From Rhizodiscina lignyota (lineage: Eukaryota): a stretch of 64,000 bases of DNA. Below the pieces are notes generated by a model. It was not told where the DNA came from. It saw only the letters and a list, made by a program, of their open reading frames with translations, and made no database searches. The position numbers and the translations under genes were made by a program. Shown here piece after piece: positions 37,766 through 51,224 of this stretch. The stretch covers positions 1,612,001-1,676,000 of the forward strand of contig ML978128.1 of assembly GCA_010015805.1 (NCBI GenBank). The letters are read 5' to 3'. The first letter of the stretch is position 1. Each line of letters starts with the position of its first letter.

Positions 37766-40070
37766 GTCCTCTCGGTACTTTTGATCCTTACGGTTAATGC
37801 CAACGCGTAGACCACACTCAAGCCGGCGAGAAGAAGTAGCTTGATCGTTTACGCTTGACCTGATGTTGCCCAGACTGAGAGACAATACAATGTTTCCGAG
37901 CACAATTGACTGATGAGGAGAGATGAGGGCGAGAAAGTTGGGTGGGAGGGCGAAGGCGGCAGTGGTATTTACAGGTTTTGCAGCGGCCGATCATGCTAAG
38001 TGGCGGCGGAAATATCGAGAAGGTAGCGCCAAGCCTATGCTCCACCAACTCCAGCCAAGGACGTTGGGACGCCACGCGTTCATTGGCCGACATTGGCCAA
38101 CGACACGCACGTTCCAGCCTTTTGCGCATCGCATGCTCAACCTCCGCCCAACTTTTCATACGTCAATTGCCGCTCTCCACCGCGATGAAAGTGGCTAAAA
38201 ACTTGACTCACTTCTAATATCGTCCATTGCTTTCAAGCTATGCTATTTTTCCCCGTTACTTTCCGAGCCTAAACCTTAAAACGATCGATGGGCCACTCAT
38301 GGTGGGAGCGAAACAGCCGCATGGACCCTCTCAAGGGCATGCAGTGATGCGAGGCTACTCCGGCACAAGCGGGAGCTAAACATGGGTCTTATGATATTGT
38401 TCCTCTACTTTTCCAGGTCGCATGCTACGCTTCTCACGAGTGACGAGCGGGGCGATCTGGACTGCGCTGACTGCCGGGAAATAACAGCCAGAACCATCAC
38501 TTTGGAACTAGCTGGTGCTCGGCTATGCGAAGTAGGTATCACCAGATTGATGCAGCTGCATACCACCTCTATGCTGCGAGACATGGCATGAGAACGACAG
38601 CGGGGTCCACGTTCGACTTCTTTCCCTCCAAGGCATCCAGTGGACGAAGAAGCTTACACTCTGCTGGCGTAAGGCTTCCGTACAGCTGACTGATTGTCCC
38701 AGCGGGCCTTGGGCGGAATTTGCGAGGCGTCGGCTCTGCGATCGGGATCGCCTCTGGAGATCGGTAGGTTCCACAAGGCGGTGTAGCCACTTGCCCCATT
38801 CCAATCCCCGTTATACCGGCGACGTCGGGCGTCGCGTCCATAAGGGAAATTGAAGCCAGCGTCAACCCCTCACGCTTCTATCCGAATATCTTGTGGCCCT
38901 AGTGCCGATAGTCTAGCTTTCGACGCATACGGTGCAAGGCAGCTGAGATGGACGGATCACAAAGAGCCGCATCACCTGCTCTAGATGTAAAGAGTAACAG
39001 TTTCCATACTGAAACTAGCAAGTCCATTCCAGATCTACGGTTTGCACGTGAAGGAAGCCGAAAATCCTTGACTAAGTTCTGTGGATCTGTCAATCTGAAG
39101 GACCCTGGAGGACGAAAATTTTGCTCACACCACTAACGTCAGGGTAAAAAATATGAAGCTGCGATCTGCTCTCGATCCTCCATCGCAGAACGCAGATTCG
39201 GCGCCGTAAAAGAGTGTGAAGGGTGATTCTCGGACAACCTCGTTGTAGACGGTAGACGAGAGTTGGAGCACGGGTAAGCTCGGTTCGGGGATTGCTCGTC
39301 GAAAACCTCTTGGTCCCTTAGTCAACAAATGAGAGCCGCTGACGACAACGACGTAATGTGCTTTCTCTGCCATTCAGCTATAGCATGCTTTGGAGAATCT
39401 TGTTCTCAATACATATATCAGAAGGTCTCGCACATCTCGACAAGTTCGGCATTTCTCTTAGACAGTGCAACCTCGCCAAAATAGTCCGTGCGACAAGGCA
39501 ACAGGCTTTCACATTCTCTTACAGAAAGTTAGGCTCACGGTTCGATCTGGGACAGATGCCGCTTTCGTTTGATTCAAGGCCGCCGTAAGATGGGTTTGAT
39601 GTTATCCGCGAAGGGCTGGTTACACGATATAGATTTCTAAGTACTCGAACCCTTTGAAATAGTGCCAATCTATTGACAGAATACATACGGGTTTCACATA
39701 GCTCACCTCTTCTCTATTCCCAGCTACGTGAATACGCTGTCCAAATATTCACGTGGAAATTGTGTTGCCTAGGCGTCCAGCACTCAAAATTCAATGAAGC
39801 CACCTCAGCCACCAATTTGACGCGCCAGACGCGAATCCGCATGCGCCTAGGCCTCGTAGTCCCTGCAAACGCCACAAGGAATGACGTCTCGTTTCGCACA
39901 TCATGGAACACCCCCCTCCTTCTTTCCTTCATTATTATAGAAGCTCGACAGGCTACTGTACCACAACACGAACATTACCTAAATTCGATTGAATCCTTCT
40001 CTCCTAACTCAACACCTATTTCCCCCGATCGAAGACCTTAAAATTCACCTGCTTACCCAAAGTCGACATC

Positions 40071-41054
40071 ATGGCGACCACAGTACACGTTCAGAACATC
40101 TCGAGCCAAACCAGCGAGAAGGAGGTCAGAGACTTCTTTAGCTTCTGGTGAGTTTCCTACTATTATCAATCTTTCGCTCCGGAGAGCTTTGCGCTGACAG
40201 CTCTTGTACAGCGGCAAGATCAGCTCCCTATCTGTTACCCCTACTTCAGACGCTCCCGATGCGTCAAAGTCTGCGACCGTGACCTTCGAGAAGGAGACCG
40301 CAGCAAAGACTGCTCTTCTTTTGGATAACACCCAGCTCGGTCCTGCCCAAGTCAACGTCACTGCTGCACAATCCATCAGTGACATGGCTGGCGGAAAAGC
40401 TACAGCAGGCGACGACGAGCAGGACGTCGCACCCGAGGACAAGCCGCGAACACGCATCATTGCGGAATATCTGGCACATGGATACGTCGTCAGTGACAAG
40501 GCTATCCAAGGCGCAATCGACTTGGACAAGAAGCACGGCATCTCGAGCCGCTTCCAATCGGCGCTCACAAACTTCGATGCCAAGTACAAGGCGAGCGATA
40601 GGGTGAAGGCTGCGGATACCCAATACAAAGTCAGTGAGAGGGCCAGCGGTGCTTGGTCTGGCTTGAATTCGTATTTCGAGAAGGCCTTGGACACTCCAAC
40701 GGGTCAGAGAGTGCGGCAGTTCTACAGTATGTGCAATCACCCTTGAACTATTAGAAAGCTAGCAACCTCTAACATACTGCAGTGGACAGCAATAAGCAGA
40801 TCATGGATGTACATAATGAGGCTCGTCATTTGGCGGATCTGAAGACGGGCAAGCCTGCAACCGGGCAAACCGAGGATCACTCAGAGGCTGCTCCATCCCA
40901 AGCTGAGGAGATGGGCATGGAGAAGCTCCCAGACTCAGACCGCACAAAGTGCAACTGCGGTGCAACGACCGAGAAGTGCCCTTGCGAGCCTGGAAAGTGC
41001 GCATGTGCGAGCTGCGCGAAGAACCCAGATGGGACACCTGTGACGACTTCCTAA
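40071..41054 (+). CDS. Vip1-like RRM protein with Cys-rich C-terminal tail; introns 40148..40211 and 40727..40782
   Basis: TVHVQNISSQTSEKEVRDFFSFCGKI, AAKTALLLDNTQL, EDKPRTRIIAEYLAHGY, DVHNEARHLA. Confidence 0.9.
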
Positions 41055-42500
41055 GGCTGAGAGCCTGATCAAGGGCAGGTAGGCGGAAAGTCTTGCTGAC
41101 CGCTGCGGAACTTGCGACTTTATTACCTGCCGCCGCCTATTTCGCGAAGTTTGGACGGGTTCTCGGACCGAAGATCTTTACTTTCTGCTGGTCGTAGGTG
41201 TCATCGGCGAGAATATATGATAGCAGCACCTACCTCAATGAACGAAGATGACGAATCCCCTTGAGTAGATCTCTAAACTATCAGTGTGATTGGCTGTGCC
41301 GTGCAGGATCGGTGTGAATTTCATGTCCCCAAATTTATGAACGCCCTGCATATGGTCGGCGGGAATGCGGCGGGTGCCGCAGAACCACCTCCTTGGCGTC
41401 ACGAAACGAGCTTGAGCCCTGAACATCCAGCGACAACAAGCTCTCAATTGGGACGTCAGCAGGGCGACTGTGGAAAGTTCAACCTCGCTGCTGAAGAGAT
41501 CGCCATTGAGCCTCACCCCGATGAGGCCATTCAGCACCGCCGAGTTTCTAGGCGAGCGATTCCGGACGAGGGCAAGACATGGAGCTGGCGGAGACGCGGC
41601 CGCCAGGGCAATTAATTGGTGAGATGAGCAGGCTTTCGTTGGCGGATGCGGTTCTAACACTATTCTCGAAAAGCGTTTCAGGTCCGCCATGACCAGCAGT
41701 GGTTGGATGGGTGTGCGGCTTTGACGCCGGCGTGAAACGGGACCCGTCGGTGTTGCCAGGCTATCCAATGCCGACGTCCAATATTCCCTGAAGTCCCGAC
41801 GTCGCAGAAGCTTTTCATCCTCCAGCCAACTCTTCCTACCCCATGGTCTAGAGCCCGTCAGGACTCTACAATGGTAAGGCTGTCAGCCTTCGGGAAATGG
41901 CTGGGGCGCCGTTGAAGCCTCCCCTCCGTCGAAGCCCCCACAATCCGAATTATCTGAAATTATTTGCATTGTAATTGGGCAGAATGGGGAGCATTGACCT
42001 GCTTCAGCCTGTCTTAATCCTTGTTTGGACGTCGGCGTCGATCATTACAATCATATCTCCAGGACATTAGATGATCCTTCCACAGCCTGCCCCCTCAACG
42101 TACGTGTGCAATACTCGCGTGCACATCTACTTATGTCTCTTTTGTGTCACTCGTTACGTGGACAGCTGTAAATGCATTTTATTATATGTTCAACTTCCCC
42201 GAAACACGCCCCGATTAGATCCCGGTGCATGTCGAACCCGCTGTAACTGCACGAACATTGCCGCACAAGCACGACCTCCGTATCTCCCATCGGCGAGGTC
42301 CACCGGACGATTACGCATTTAGACTCTCTCCGAAGCGTGTAAGACGTAGGCGCTGGATCGCCGCGTTCTATTTTCCCCAGATATCGAGCTCAACAACCAC
42401 GGCGGCGAGCCTCCGACGATGAACAAAAGGGCATAGCCTCCAAACACAGAACTCTTCGAGTTTTGCGAGCAGCCTCTCGTTCAACTTCCCTTTCCACGTC

Positions 42501-45500
42501 ATGTCCTACGGCTCCGTCCTTATCGACCGTCCAGAGATCCATGCAGGGATTTTTGGGATGCGAAACGAATCCAAGCGCTCTCGACAAACCCCTTCCTCAA
42601 CTTCCTCGAACCCTATCAATCATATCCTTCGCCGAGCAAGCAGTTTTACGCACTTCCCCCAGATTCGAGAAACCGCAGTAGAACACTTCCCGTCAGTTCA
42701 GAGTAAAGGGACATTTACTGAAGACGATCTAATCGTTGTGAGAGGTCACAGTGCAGATCAAATTTCGACGTCGTCTGGTACTATCAGCCCGGAGAATGAT
42801 CCACCAACGCCACCCGAACCCGTGTCAATATCGTCTGAGCCCGTAGACGGAGGCTTCCCGGCCTTCCTCGAGGACGTAAAGGCGCACGCAATGTTCGAAA
42901 CGTCGACCGAAAAATTCCAATTGATGCGCCCAGAAGCTGCTGTGACAACGCCATCAACACATAATAATAAACTTCGGCGGAGGTCTTGGCTTCCTCCAGT
43001 CTCTCGCACACTCTCCCGCCCAACGTCGCCGAGACGAGAAGCGAACACAACTCCCGAGCCAATACCAGAGAATGTCTCAACGGCTGATTCGAAGGCGGCA
43101 AAATCACGCAGGCGTAACTCCTGGATGCCTTCGAATAACGCGTCGTCCGACGCGCAGGGCTCAGAAAAGTCGAAGACTCTTCCTCGACTAGACACCAATG
43201 CCATGGCTAAAAAGTCAAGGCGGCCGATGAGTGAGATATTCGGCATATCGCCGACGGCATCAAGTGCTGAGCGCCCGTCTCTATCATCTTTGCCGCCATT
43301 GAATACGGACATAGCACAGAAGAAGTCGAGGCGTCCACTGAGTGGAATATTCGGCCCTTCTCCTACAACACCTAAGAAGTCGCAAGAAGAACCGCGCTCT
43401 GCTCCTCCGACCTCAATTTCAAAGTCTTTCTCGTTGGATCGCATGCCTTATCGCATGCCGTCATTGAAGGATTCGCTGCCATCATTTGATCGACTCCCAG
43501 CGCTCTCGAGGAATGCTTCGGACAAAGCCCTTTTCACGAAGAGTGATCCTGCGCGGAGGAGAGATGAGCTGTGGACCTATTTCAAGGCGCTGGACGCAGA
43601 CTACCAGAAGTACGTTTATCTTCCTCCCAAAGTAGACCAGGTACATACCTTACAGACCACACGTTAATCTTTATTTCTAGGTTTCACGGAAAGAGCTCCT
43701 CGGTAAAGGCGACGATTGTTCGAGCCTCCCTACTACCCTTCCTGAGAGCCCACAGTGGCGACACATCCGCACGAAACTTGCGCGCAGAAGATCTTGAGAA
43801 GAGGGTGAATGTTCTGAACAAATGGTGGGCAGGTTTGCTTGAGGTTCTGAATGGATTAAACAACCAATCCATGTCTGGAACGGATAGGCCTGTGCTTTTG
43901 GACGGTGTAGTGGGCATCATGGAGCGCCCTGAGTGGAGAGCACCTCCATCAGAATATTCTCCACTTACTGGCCGGTAAGTTACCTTCTGTTGAGTTGTAG
44001 TGGAATATGTTCAAGATTTCTTTGATATCCGCCTCTGGAACATCAAAATGGGGCTAACAATCTATTCATTTTCAGGTCATCAACGTCATCTCACCAACGA
44101 ACCCATTCATCATCATCCACAGACTCAAGCTCCTCCGATTTCCTGGCCGATTCGATCCATCACAACATCCGCAATATCTTCGTTCAAAACATCCTCACAC
44201 AAATGGGCTTCGTCGTCGAGAAAATGTCGCTCAAGAACACCCCAGCAAGCGTTGTAGCTTTCTGCGGGAAGGCCTGCGCCTATGCCTTTTTCTTCTGTCC
44301 CGGCGTTGCTAAGTTCCTAGTTTCACTGTGGAAGTTGACAATGGATCCTATGCGCCGAATCTTGGACGAGTACGGCGTGCCGCGGCACTCGATCATGGGA
44401 GACGTGTCCAAGCGCGTGTGCTCGGCGTTTCCGTCTCATTTGCAGGAGTTGCGATTGGTTTCATTGACAATGACGCTCAGGAGCTTGCAACACAATCCTA
44501 CTCCTCCCTTTCAGACGGCTCATTACAATTGGTTTGGGCCTTGGGTTAACAAATGGGCTGGAAGAGACAGCGATCTGTTCTACATGTTCTTCAAGAACTA
44601 TCACATGCTCGCAACTGACTTTCTTCCCCACAAAGCAAAGAAACTGGAAAGGATTTGCGCTCCGGGCCTCTTGATGGTCCACGCGCAACTTCTGACGACT
44701 TTGGACGCGACCATCCATCGGAATCCTTCATCTGCGCCTGAGGAGCCCCGGAACGGAGCTTCGTCGACGACTTTTGACGACTTGCTGAATGATGCGGATG
44801 CTTCTGCACCAGCTGTGCCGGTTCCTGGCACAAACGCAATCAGACTCATGGCTGAGAATCGCGTGATTATGCTGTTACGAGATTGTCTCTCGGACAGGAG
44901 TTTCAACTCGAATGGAGCGCGGCACTTCTCCGCTCAATGTCTAAGTCACATCCTGCAAGCAGCCGCAAGGAAAACCTCGCTCTTCGATCACAACGCATGC
45001 TTCACATTATGCGACTTTCTCGAGGAGGCTGTTCCAATATTTGTCCGATATGATAATGGCTGTGCAAAAGAGGACGCTGTTTTCGAATGGTCATTCTGGA
45101 CAACGGTCTGGCGCAAGATGGTTGAAAGCCAGAATACGACGACCGAGATCAGAGTTTATGCTCTGTTGTATACTATCTGGAACCTTATCGCGGAAGACGC
45201 TGATCGCAAGGTCGACTTTTGTGTCAATTTCTTACTGGCTTCCGATATCTTCCTTACTCGATTCAACCACTGGTGTCCGATGGTGAGGGGATACTACATG
45301 CGCTTGTTAAGCTGGCGAGTCGCTCGCTACGATGCAAGCGCATCGCCCTTGGATACGTGAGTATTTCCTATCCCTCACTATAGAAACTACTAACACTGTC
45401 ATAGCACTATTTTAGCAAAGCTGATGGAGAGATTGAGCACTGTGTGGTCATTTTTCCTCTTCACCAGACAACTCCCGGGAACGGACATCGTTGTTGATCA

Positions 45501-46260
45501 TGAAGCGACTCCTGGTTCACCGGCACCTGGAAGAAGGCTTCTCATTATTCGCACCGACCCATCAACGAACCCTAATGGCGGTACGCTGCTATCATTCGAC
45601 GACACAACATCAGCCACCCAGTCAACGCGCCCTAGACGGAATTCTTGGGTAGACAAAATGGCAACCGGAGATTGGCGACCCGACTCTGCAGACTCGAGTG
45701 ATTCCGGAGAACAAGATGAGGCACCGCGCCGATGGTCGCTTCTCCGTAACGTCATTGACGCAACTTCAATAAGGTCAAAGTCGCAAAGTCCCAAGCCGAC
45801 GGGCCGCGACACGCCAGACAGCGGGCGCAGCTCGCCTCCTGTGAAGCCTGATCCGCCGCGGTCTGAGTTCCGACACCACACTCGCCAACGAAGCGGAAGC
45901 ATGCCAGCTGCTCCTCGCCATCGGACATACTGCTTCAAGTTCTCTCTGGAGCATGTAGACAGGCGCTTCCACAACCAAGCCAGTATCGATCTACGGCCAC
46001 CTCGTCTGCCTCTAGCGGCACAGCAGCATTTATTGTCAAACTACAATCTCGACGCCATGTACAGTGACATTCGGCCGACCCAACCTGATGGTGCTGCGGC
46101 TGGGTGTGGAACATATACGGGTCGCGCACTCGCTGAGTGGACGGCGGTGGTGACTGAGTGTCAGAACTTCTTTGAGAGGAGGATCAGGGAGGGCGTGCCT
46201 TCGCACAGGTTGGTCGAGACGCCTATGCTGGGTGTTGAGACGTTCAAGAGACCAGGTTGA
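42501..46260 (+). CDS. Conserved fungal protein, DUF1765-like; introns 43610..43680, 43975..44075 and 45357..45404
   Basis: LNKWW, FCGKACAYAFFFCPGVA, WAGRDSDLF, FNHWCPMVRGYYMRLL-WR, YTGRALAEW blocks; splice sites give a continuous frame. Family name recalled, not searched. Confidence 0.87.
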
Positions 46261-48458
46261 GCCATACACGTGGCAGTGTATAACAGGTCGAAGTTGCAAA
46301 TATTGTTGGAGCATCACCAATCTGAATGCAGGACACTGTCAATGCAGACAGTTGATGCTTCCTCGTCAACGAATAGCCGCATTTTGCCGGCAACTACAGG
46401 AATGTCTTCTTTCACCAACCGCTCGACCGCAATTTGGCGGCCGCTACGGGAGGTTTCCAAGTATGTGTAGCGTTTTGTTCCCTTATCGGCTTCGATTCTT
46501 CTTGCGAGGACAATTCCCGGCGTTTGGAAAGCCGCTTTGGAAGTGATACACCACGATAGGGATTGTTTCTTGTCTATTAGGACCAGGGTGGACCTGGCTG
46601 GACTCTTCTTGTAAATCGTAATTCCTAGATGGAATTTTTTTTGGTATGCCGTTAGCAGTCTCCGGTCTAGGGAATCAATTCGCTTCCAGCCTGGCAGCTG
46701 AATTCATTATACTTAGTACAGTATTATCAAAGCGTGTGTACAGTCAATCAGCCAGTCATCGTGCGGAGAGACATAAGCACCTTAAAGGGAGCACTGGCTC
46801 TCAATGTGGAGAATATGGCTCCCCAAACTTTCCGATGGCATGTAAAATTTCAAATTTTGAAACTCTTTCGGTAACCTGGGAAATTAGAGCGCATGCGTTA
46901 CAAATTATGGCTCCGTACGGAAGTCGAGACATCTGAATTATAGCTGAAGAATCTAGGGCGAGATACCTATACTGAATACGTAGTGCAAAGAAAGTCCTCT
47001 AGGGCGCCAGCGCTCAGCTTGCCGTTTCCAGCAGTGTACAAAACGTCACGCCTCAACGTTGCATGAATATCCACGAACTCACGAATCCGCCTTTCCACTT
47101 CTCGCGATTAGAATGTGCCATCAGAACCTTGCTCGGCCACCGATTGCCGGTCAACAATTCGGAAGCACTCCTGTGTCACTCACGCACCGACATTTCTCAG
47201 GAACAACCCTATCACTGGCTCCGCCCTCCGAGACCCCGGAGCGTAAGCATCAGCAGAGCCTCCCCGACATTGATTAAGGGTGTAAGTTTAGCCTTACGTG
47301 CAGCCGGAATGCTCTCATAGCCACACCGCCCGAGAATCAGGAGGAATTTCGCTTCCTTTCGAATCTCACTGGCGCTCTCCACATAGACGTGATTCGCGTG
47401 AGGTCGGTGGGAGAGTCACCGCGCTAGACTAAACGAGGAAATGCGCATCTCTATAGGGATGCGGATCTTCTCCAAATTTAGGGCTGTCACCACACTTCAG
47501 GCACAGGCAACAAAACGTCCAGACCCATAGGAACTCTAGCCCATCTCTCATGCCCTCGGCTTACCCGCCATGTACCTGAGAGCCAGCTCATTCTCTCTCA
47601 TACCGTCGCAACCCATCCAACGCACATCGGCACTCACGATGAGATGTCTCACCGATGTCATCTGGCGGTTTGACAGTAATTGCAAGCTCTCGTTACAGGT
47701 CTTTACCGACTGTGATTTTCTGTTTCCATGGCATCTCTACCTGCTTCTTGATAGCAGCCAATGGAAATGCTCTCGTTTCCTCCCAGTCATCGGGTCTGGA
47801 ATAACCCCGTCTGGGCAGAGGCTTTGAAAGGGGGAAGGGCTCTGATATTTCATCGAAAAATCGTATCCAAGAAAATAAGGCAACCCCAGAGTGGCATTGA
47901 TGTGCGTTACAGATGCTTCGATAGCGCACAGTGCACGTGGTGGTTGCCCGTACCTGGCTAGCCATGGCTGCCATGCTTCCCACCGTTCCCCGTTCAGGCG
48001 AGATGAAGAGGTAAACTCAGCCCCCTTGTCAGATTTTACTCGAAGAGCTTAACAACAACCTTCTCGGCGCCGCAACGGCCGCAGCGCGCATCTCTAGCTA
48101 TGACAAGATGGTGAACCCGTCTGGGCTACAATCGGCGCCACCAACTGGCAACTGCACGCCTTCCGCTGTCGACTCCAATTTAGGTACTTTGTGATATGCC
48201 GAGACGTTGAGATGTCCGACCGGGATAGAAAATAAGCCTTTTGGCAGATGGTACCTGTGCATCATAAAAGCTCGCTGTCTGCTCCCTCAGAAATGGATCA
48301 TCAGCACACATTTCTTAGTCCTTGGGCAATAATCATCTCATTCATTGTTCGACCTTCGCTTTCTTGTTTAACTCTCGCCTCCCTTGAGAGTTTAATCGGA
48401 CATTTCTTGCTCGGCTTCTCGGTCTCATCGTCGTCACCCCTAATATCAACCAATAATC

Positions 48459-49477
48459 ATGCGTTCCTCCACTCTTTTTGCAATCGTCGGCACTGTTGCC
48501 GCAGCAGAGGCCTTCGAACTCCCTGGCAGGGGCCTCCTACCATCCATATCAATCGGAATAGGAGCGAAGCCGAGTGCTTCACCTGCGGCTGGTAGCTGTC
48601 CTTCGGTCTGGAACGACGTTGTAACTGAGCTCCACGCTGCCTTCCTGGGCAGCAATGGCCAGTGCAATGACCTCGCCCGTCAAGCTGTTCGCGCTGGTTT
48701 CCACGACTGCGGCACCTACCGCCCTTCGATGGGTACCAGCGCTGGTTGCGACGGCTCGTTCATCCTTGCGAAGGAGTACGAGAACTCTGAGAACAAGGGT
48801 CTCCAGCAGATTGGTGACTTTTACACTGGGGTCCTTCAGAAGTTCAAGGTTGGCGCTGGCGACTTGATCCAAATGGGTGCTTGTACGTTTCCATCTCTTC
48901 TCGAACAGTCTTCACCACAAATACTGACTCGGTCCAAACAGCCACTGCAACTGTGACGTGCCCACTCGGCCCAGTCGTTCAGACATTCGTCGGACGCCCA
49001 GATCGCAAGACAGCCAACCCGACCGGCATCCTCCCCTCGCCTTTCGACCCCGCGTCGAAGACCATTCCTCTCTTTGAAGGCTACGGCCTCACCTCAGATG
49101 ACTTTGTCGCTCTCCTCGGCGCTCACACGACCTCGACGCAGAAGTTCGTTGACCCGCAGAAGGCGGGCGCTGGCCAGGACACTACGCCCGGCACCTGGGA
49201 CGTCAAGTACTACGGCCAAACCTTGGACAAAAAGGCACCGTTCACGTTCGAGAGCGACAAGAGCGTCGCCAACAACAGCCAGACATCAGGCACCTTCAAG
49301 GCTTTCGTCAACAACCAGTTCGGTTGGAATGTTGCTTTCGCCCAGGCCATGACCAAGCTCTCCCTCGTTGGCGTTCCCGGCGGCTCCAGCAAGCTCATCG
49401 ACTGCACGTCCGCTCTGCCCGCAGGCACCGTCAAGCGTGACATAAGGGCCGCTCCGATCAACGGTCGTGCGATTTAA
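48459..49477 (+). CDS. Secreted class II (AA2, generic ascomycete-type) heme peroxidase; intron 48883..48941
   Basis: Signal peptide; distal RAGFHDC; GCDGS; CPLGP..GRPD; proximal LLGAHT; DTTPGTWD. Confidence 0.92.
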
Positions 49478-51224
49478 GTAATACAGAGCATCCAGTGGCG
49501 TTTATGGATTTGGCATAGCCCGGCGTTGTTATTGGAATGTTTTGCCGAGTATTTCCTTTTTCAATTGTTCTTTGCGACTTGACTTTCAGTGTCAATCGAG
49601 CATGATACCAGAGGCGTTTGATTGCCCTGTAACTGTAATGTGTATACTTTTTTCTCGGGGCCTCTGCCATATAGGACTCTAGATGTTAGATATTATGAGA
49701 GAGCTAGCATAGCCACTCTAGTACAGTTGCCTTTCGCACTTCCAAGAAGCTTCCGCGTATCGTTGAGTTTACATTCACGGTTGCCAGGGAGTAACTCGCC
49801 AAGTCTGACTTGGAAGATTTGCTTCTCGTTCTTGTAGAAAAGAGACGTCCTCATCCACTTGCGTGAAACTAGCTCTTTAGTAAAATAACAAGATTCCGCA
49901 AACCAGTTCCGAGGTTTTGGGATGGATGTGACTCCAATGCGTAGAAAGTGTGTCGGGCGTGTGCATTTCGATGCGCTTAAAGCGGTAGTTGTTCTCGCGT
50001 ATCTCTCCAGATCCGTTCTCCAGGTTCAGGTTGTTCGTAGCATCAAGTGAACAGAGCTTCCCCTGGCCCATGCATTGCTCGCGACTGTAGCGACTGTCGC
50101 AGCGTCCTCAATTCAGTTTGGAGTCCGCAGAAGCGAGGCGAACTTGACTTGCGTTCACTCCGCGGGAGGCTATAAATTTAGAACGGTGCAGCGATTGTTT
50201 TGACAGGTGCCCGTCCAAGCACACGTGCAGGAGGCGCGAAGTCCTCCAGGTGCTTGGTGCTGTGGCTGACGGCAGCGCCGTCTGGGTCCCATGGTTCGCC
50301 CATCCGCCCCATGCTGGAGGAGGGGGCTCCCGTGTGGAAGGATGGCGCTGGAGATGGAAGATCGCAGCAAGCCCAATCGGGGCGCGACGCACGCAGCTGA
50401 AGAGCTGGCGCACTGCAAGAAATGCAAGCTCGCGGTTGGGCCGATTGGAGCGCTTCAGCTGGCTGGCCGAAGTCGATTGCTGCTCTGCGCGCGGGATGGG
50501 CATTGGTGCGGTGCTGCTAAGTGGCGTCTCGCTGCCGACCATTGCGCTGCGAACCAGGGTCTTCTCGTCGATGAAACAACCTGCATTATTCGAACATCTC
50601 CTCCTTTCCCTCCACTTGTCGTTGCGATCCCCGTGGGCAGGAGCACGCTTCTGCTCGGAGCGACCATGACTCTCTGATCGCCCGTCTTCCCTTTCTTTGC
50701 TTCTTATCATCTTTTACCATTCGCCTCCCCTGAACCCCTCGGCCTACATTTGCAGCGACCGCACGTCGCTCCGCGCAGCTTCAAGTTACATCACGACGCG
50801 ACCCGATCGACTTCGCCCAGCCATCCCACACGCAATTGATCCGCCTATCCATCCGTTCGGACTCCGTACGCGAGAAGAGTTTGTCGGACCGCGAATTCGT
50901 TGAGCTTCGGCTGCTACTCGGCGTGGGGAGCTATACACGCTGCACACTCCTTTTCCCCGACCGATAGCTGTCGAGCTGTCTGCGATACGCTCATTTTCGT
51001 CCTTCTCGCTTCCGCGCGCCTTTCAAAGTACACGGTATCGTTCGACGCCCGCTCTGTTGATCAGATCCTGCGATGCGCCAGCCATTGTAACGCGACCTAT
51101 CCTCCTATCATCTCGTCGGAGCGGGCGACTCGACACAACCCTGGTATAGAGGCTACATACTCGAGGCATTGTGGGGAGAGAAAGACGAGAGCGCGTGGAC
51201 ACACAAAGCGGAGCGCTCGCAGCC

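Noticed and set aside
41235..41768. 177-aa minus-strand ORF, and similar ORFs at 50108-50710 and 60803-61414
   Set aside because: No domain or coding-like bias; they lie in probable promoter/UTR regions of neighbouring genes.
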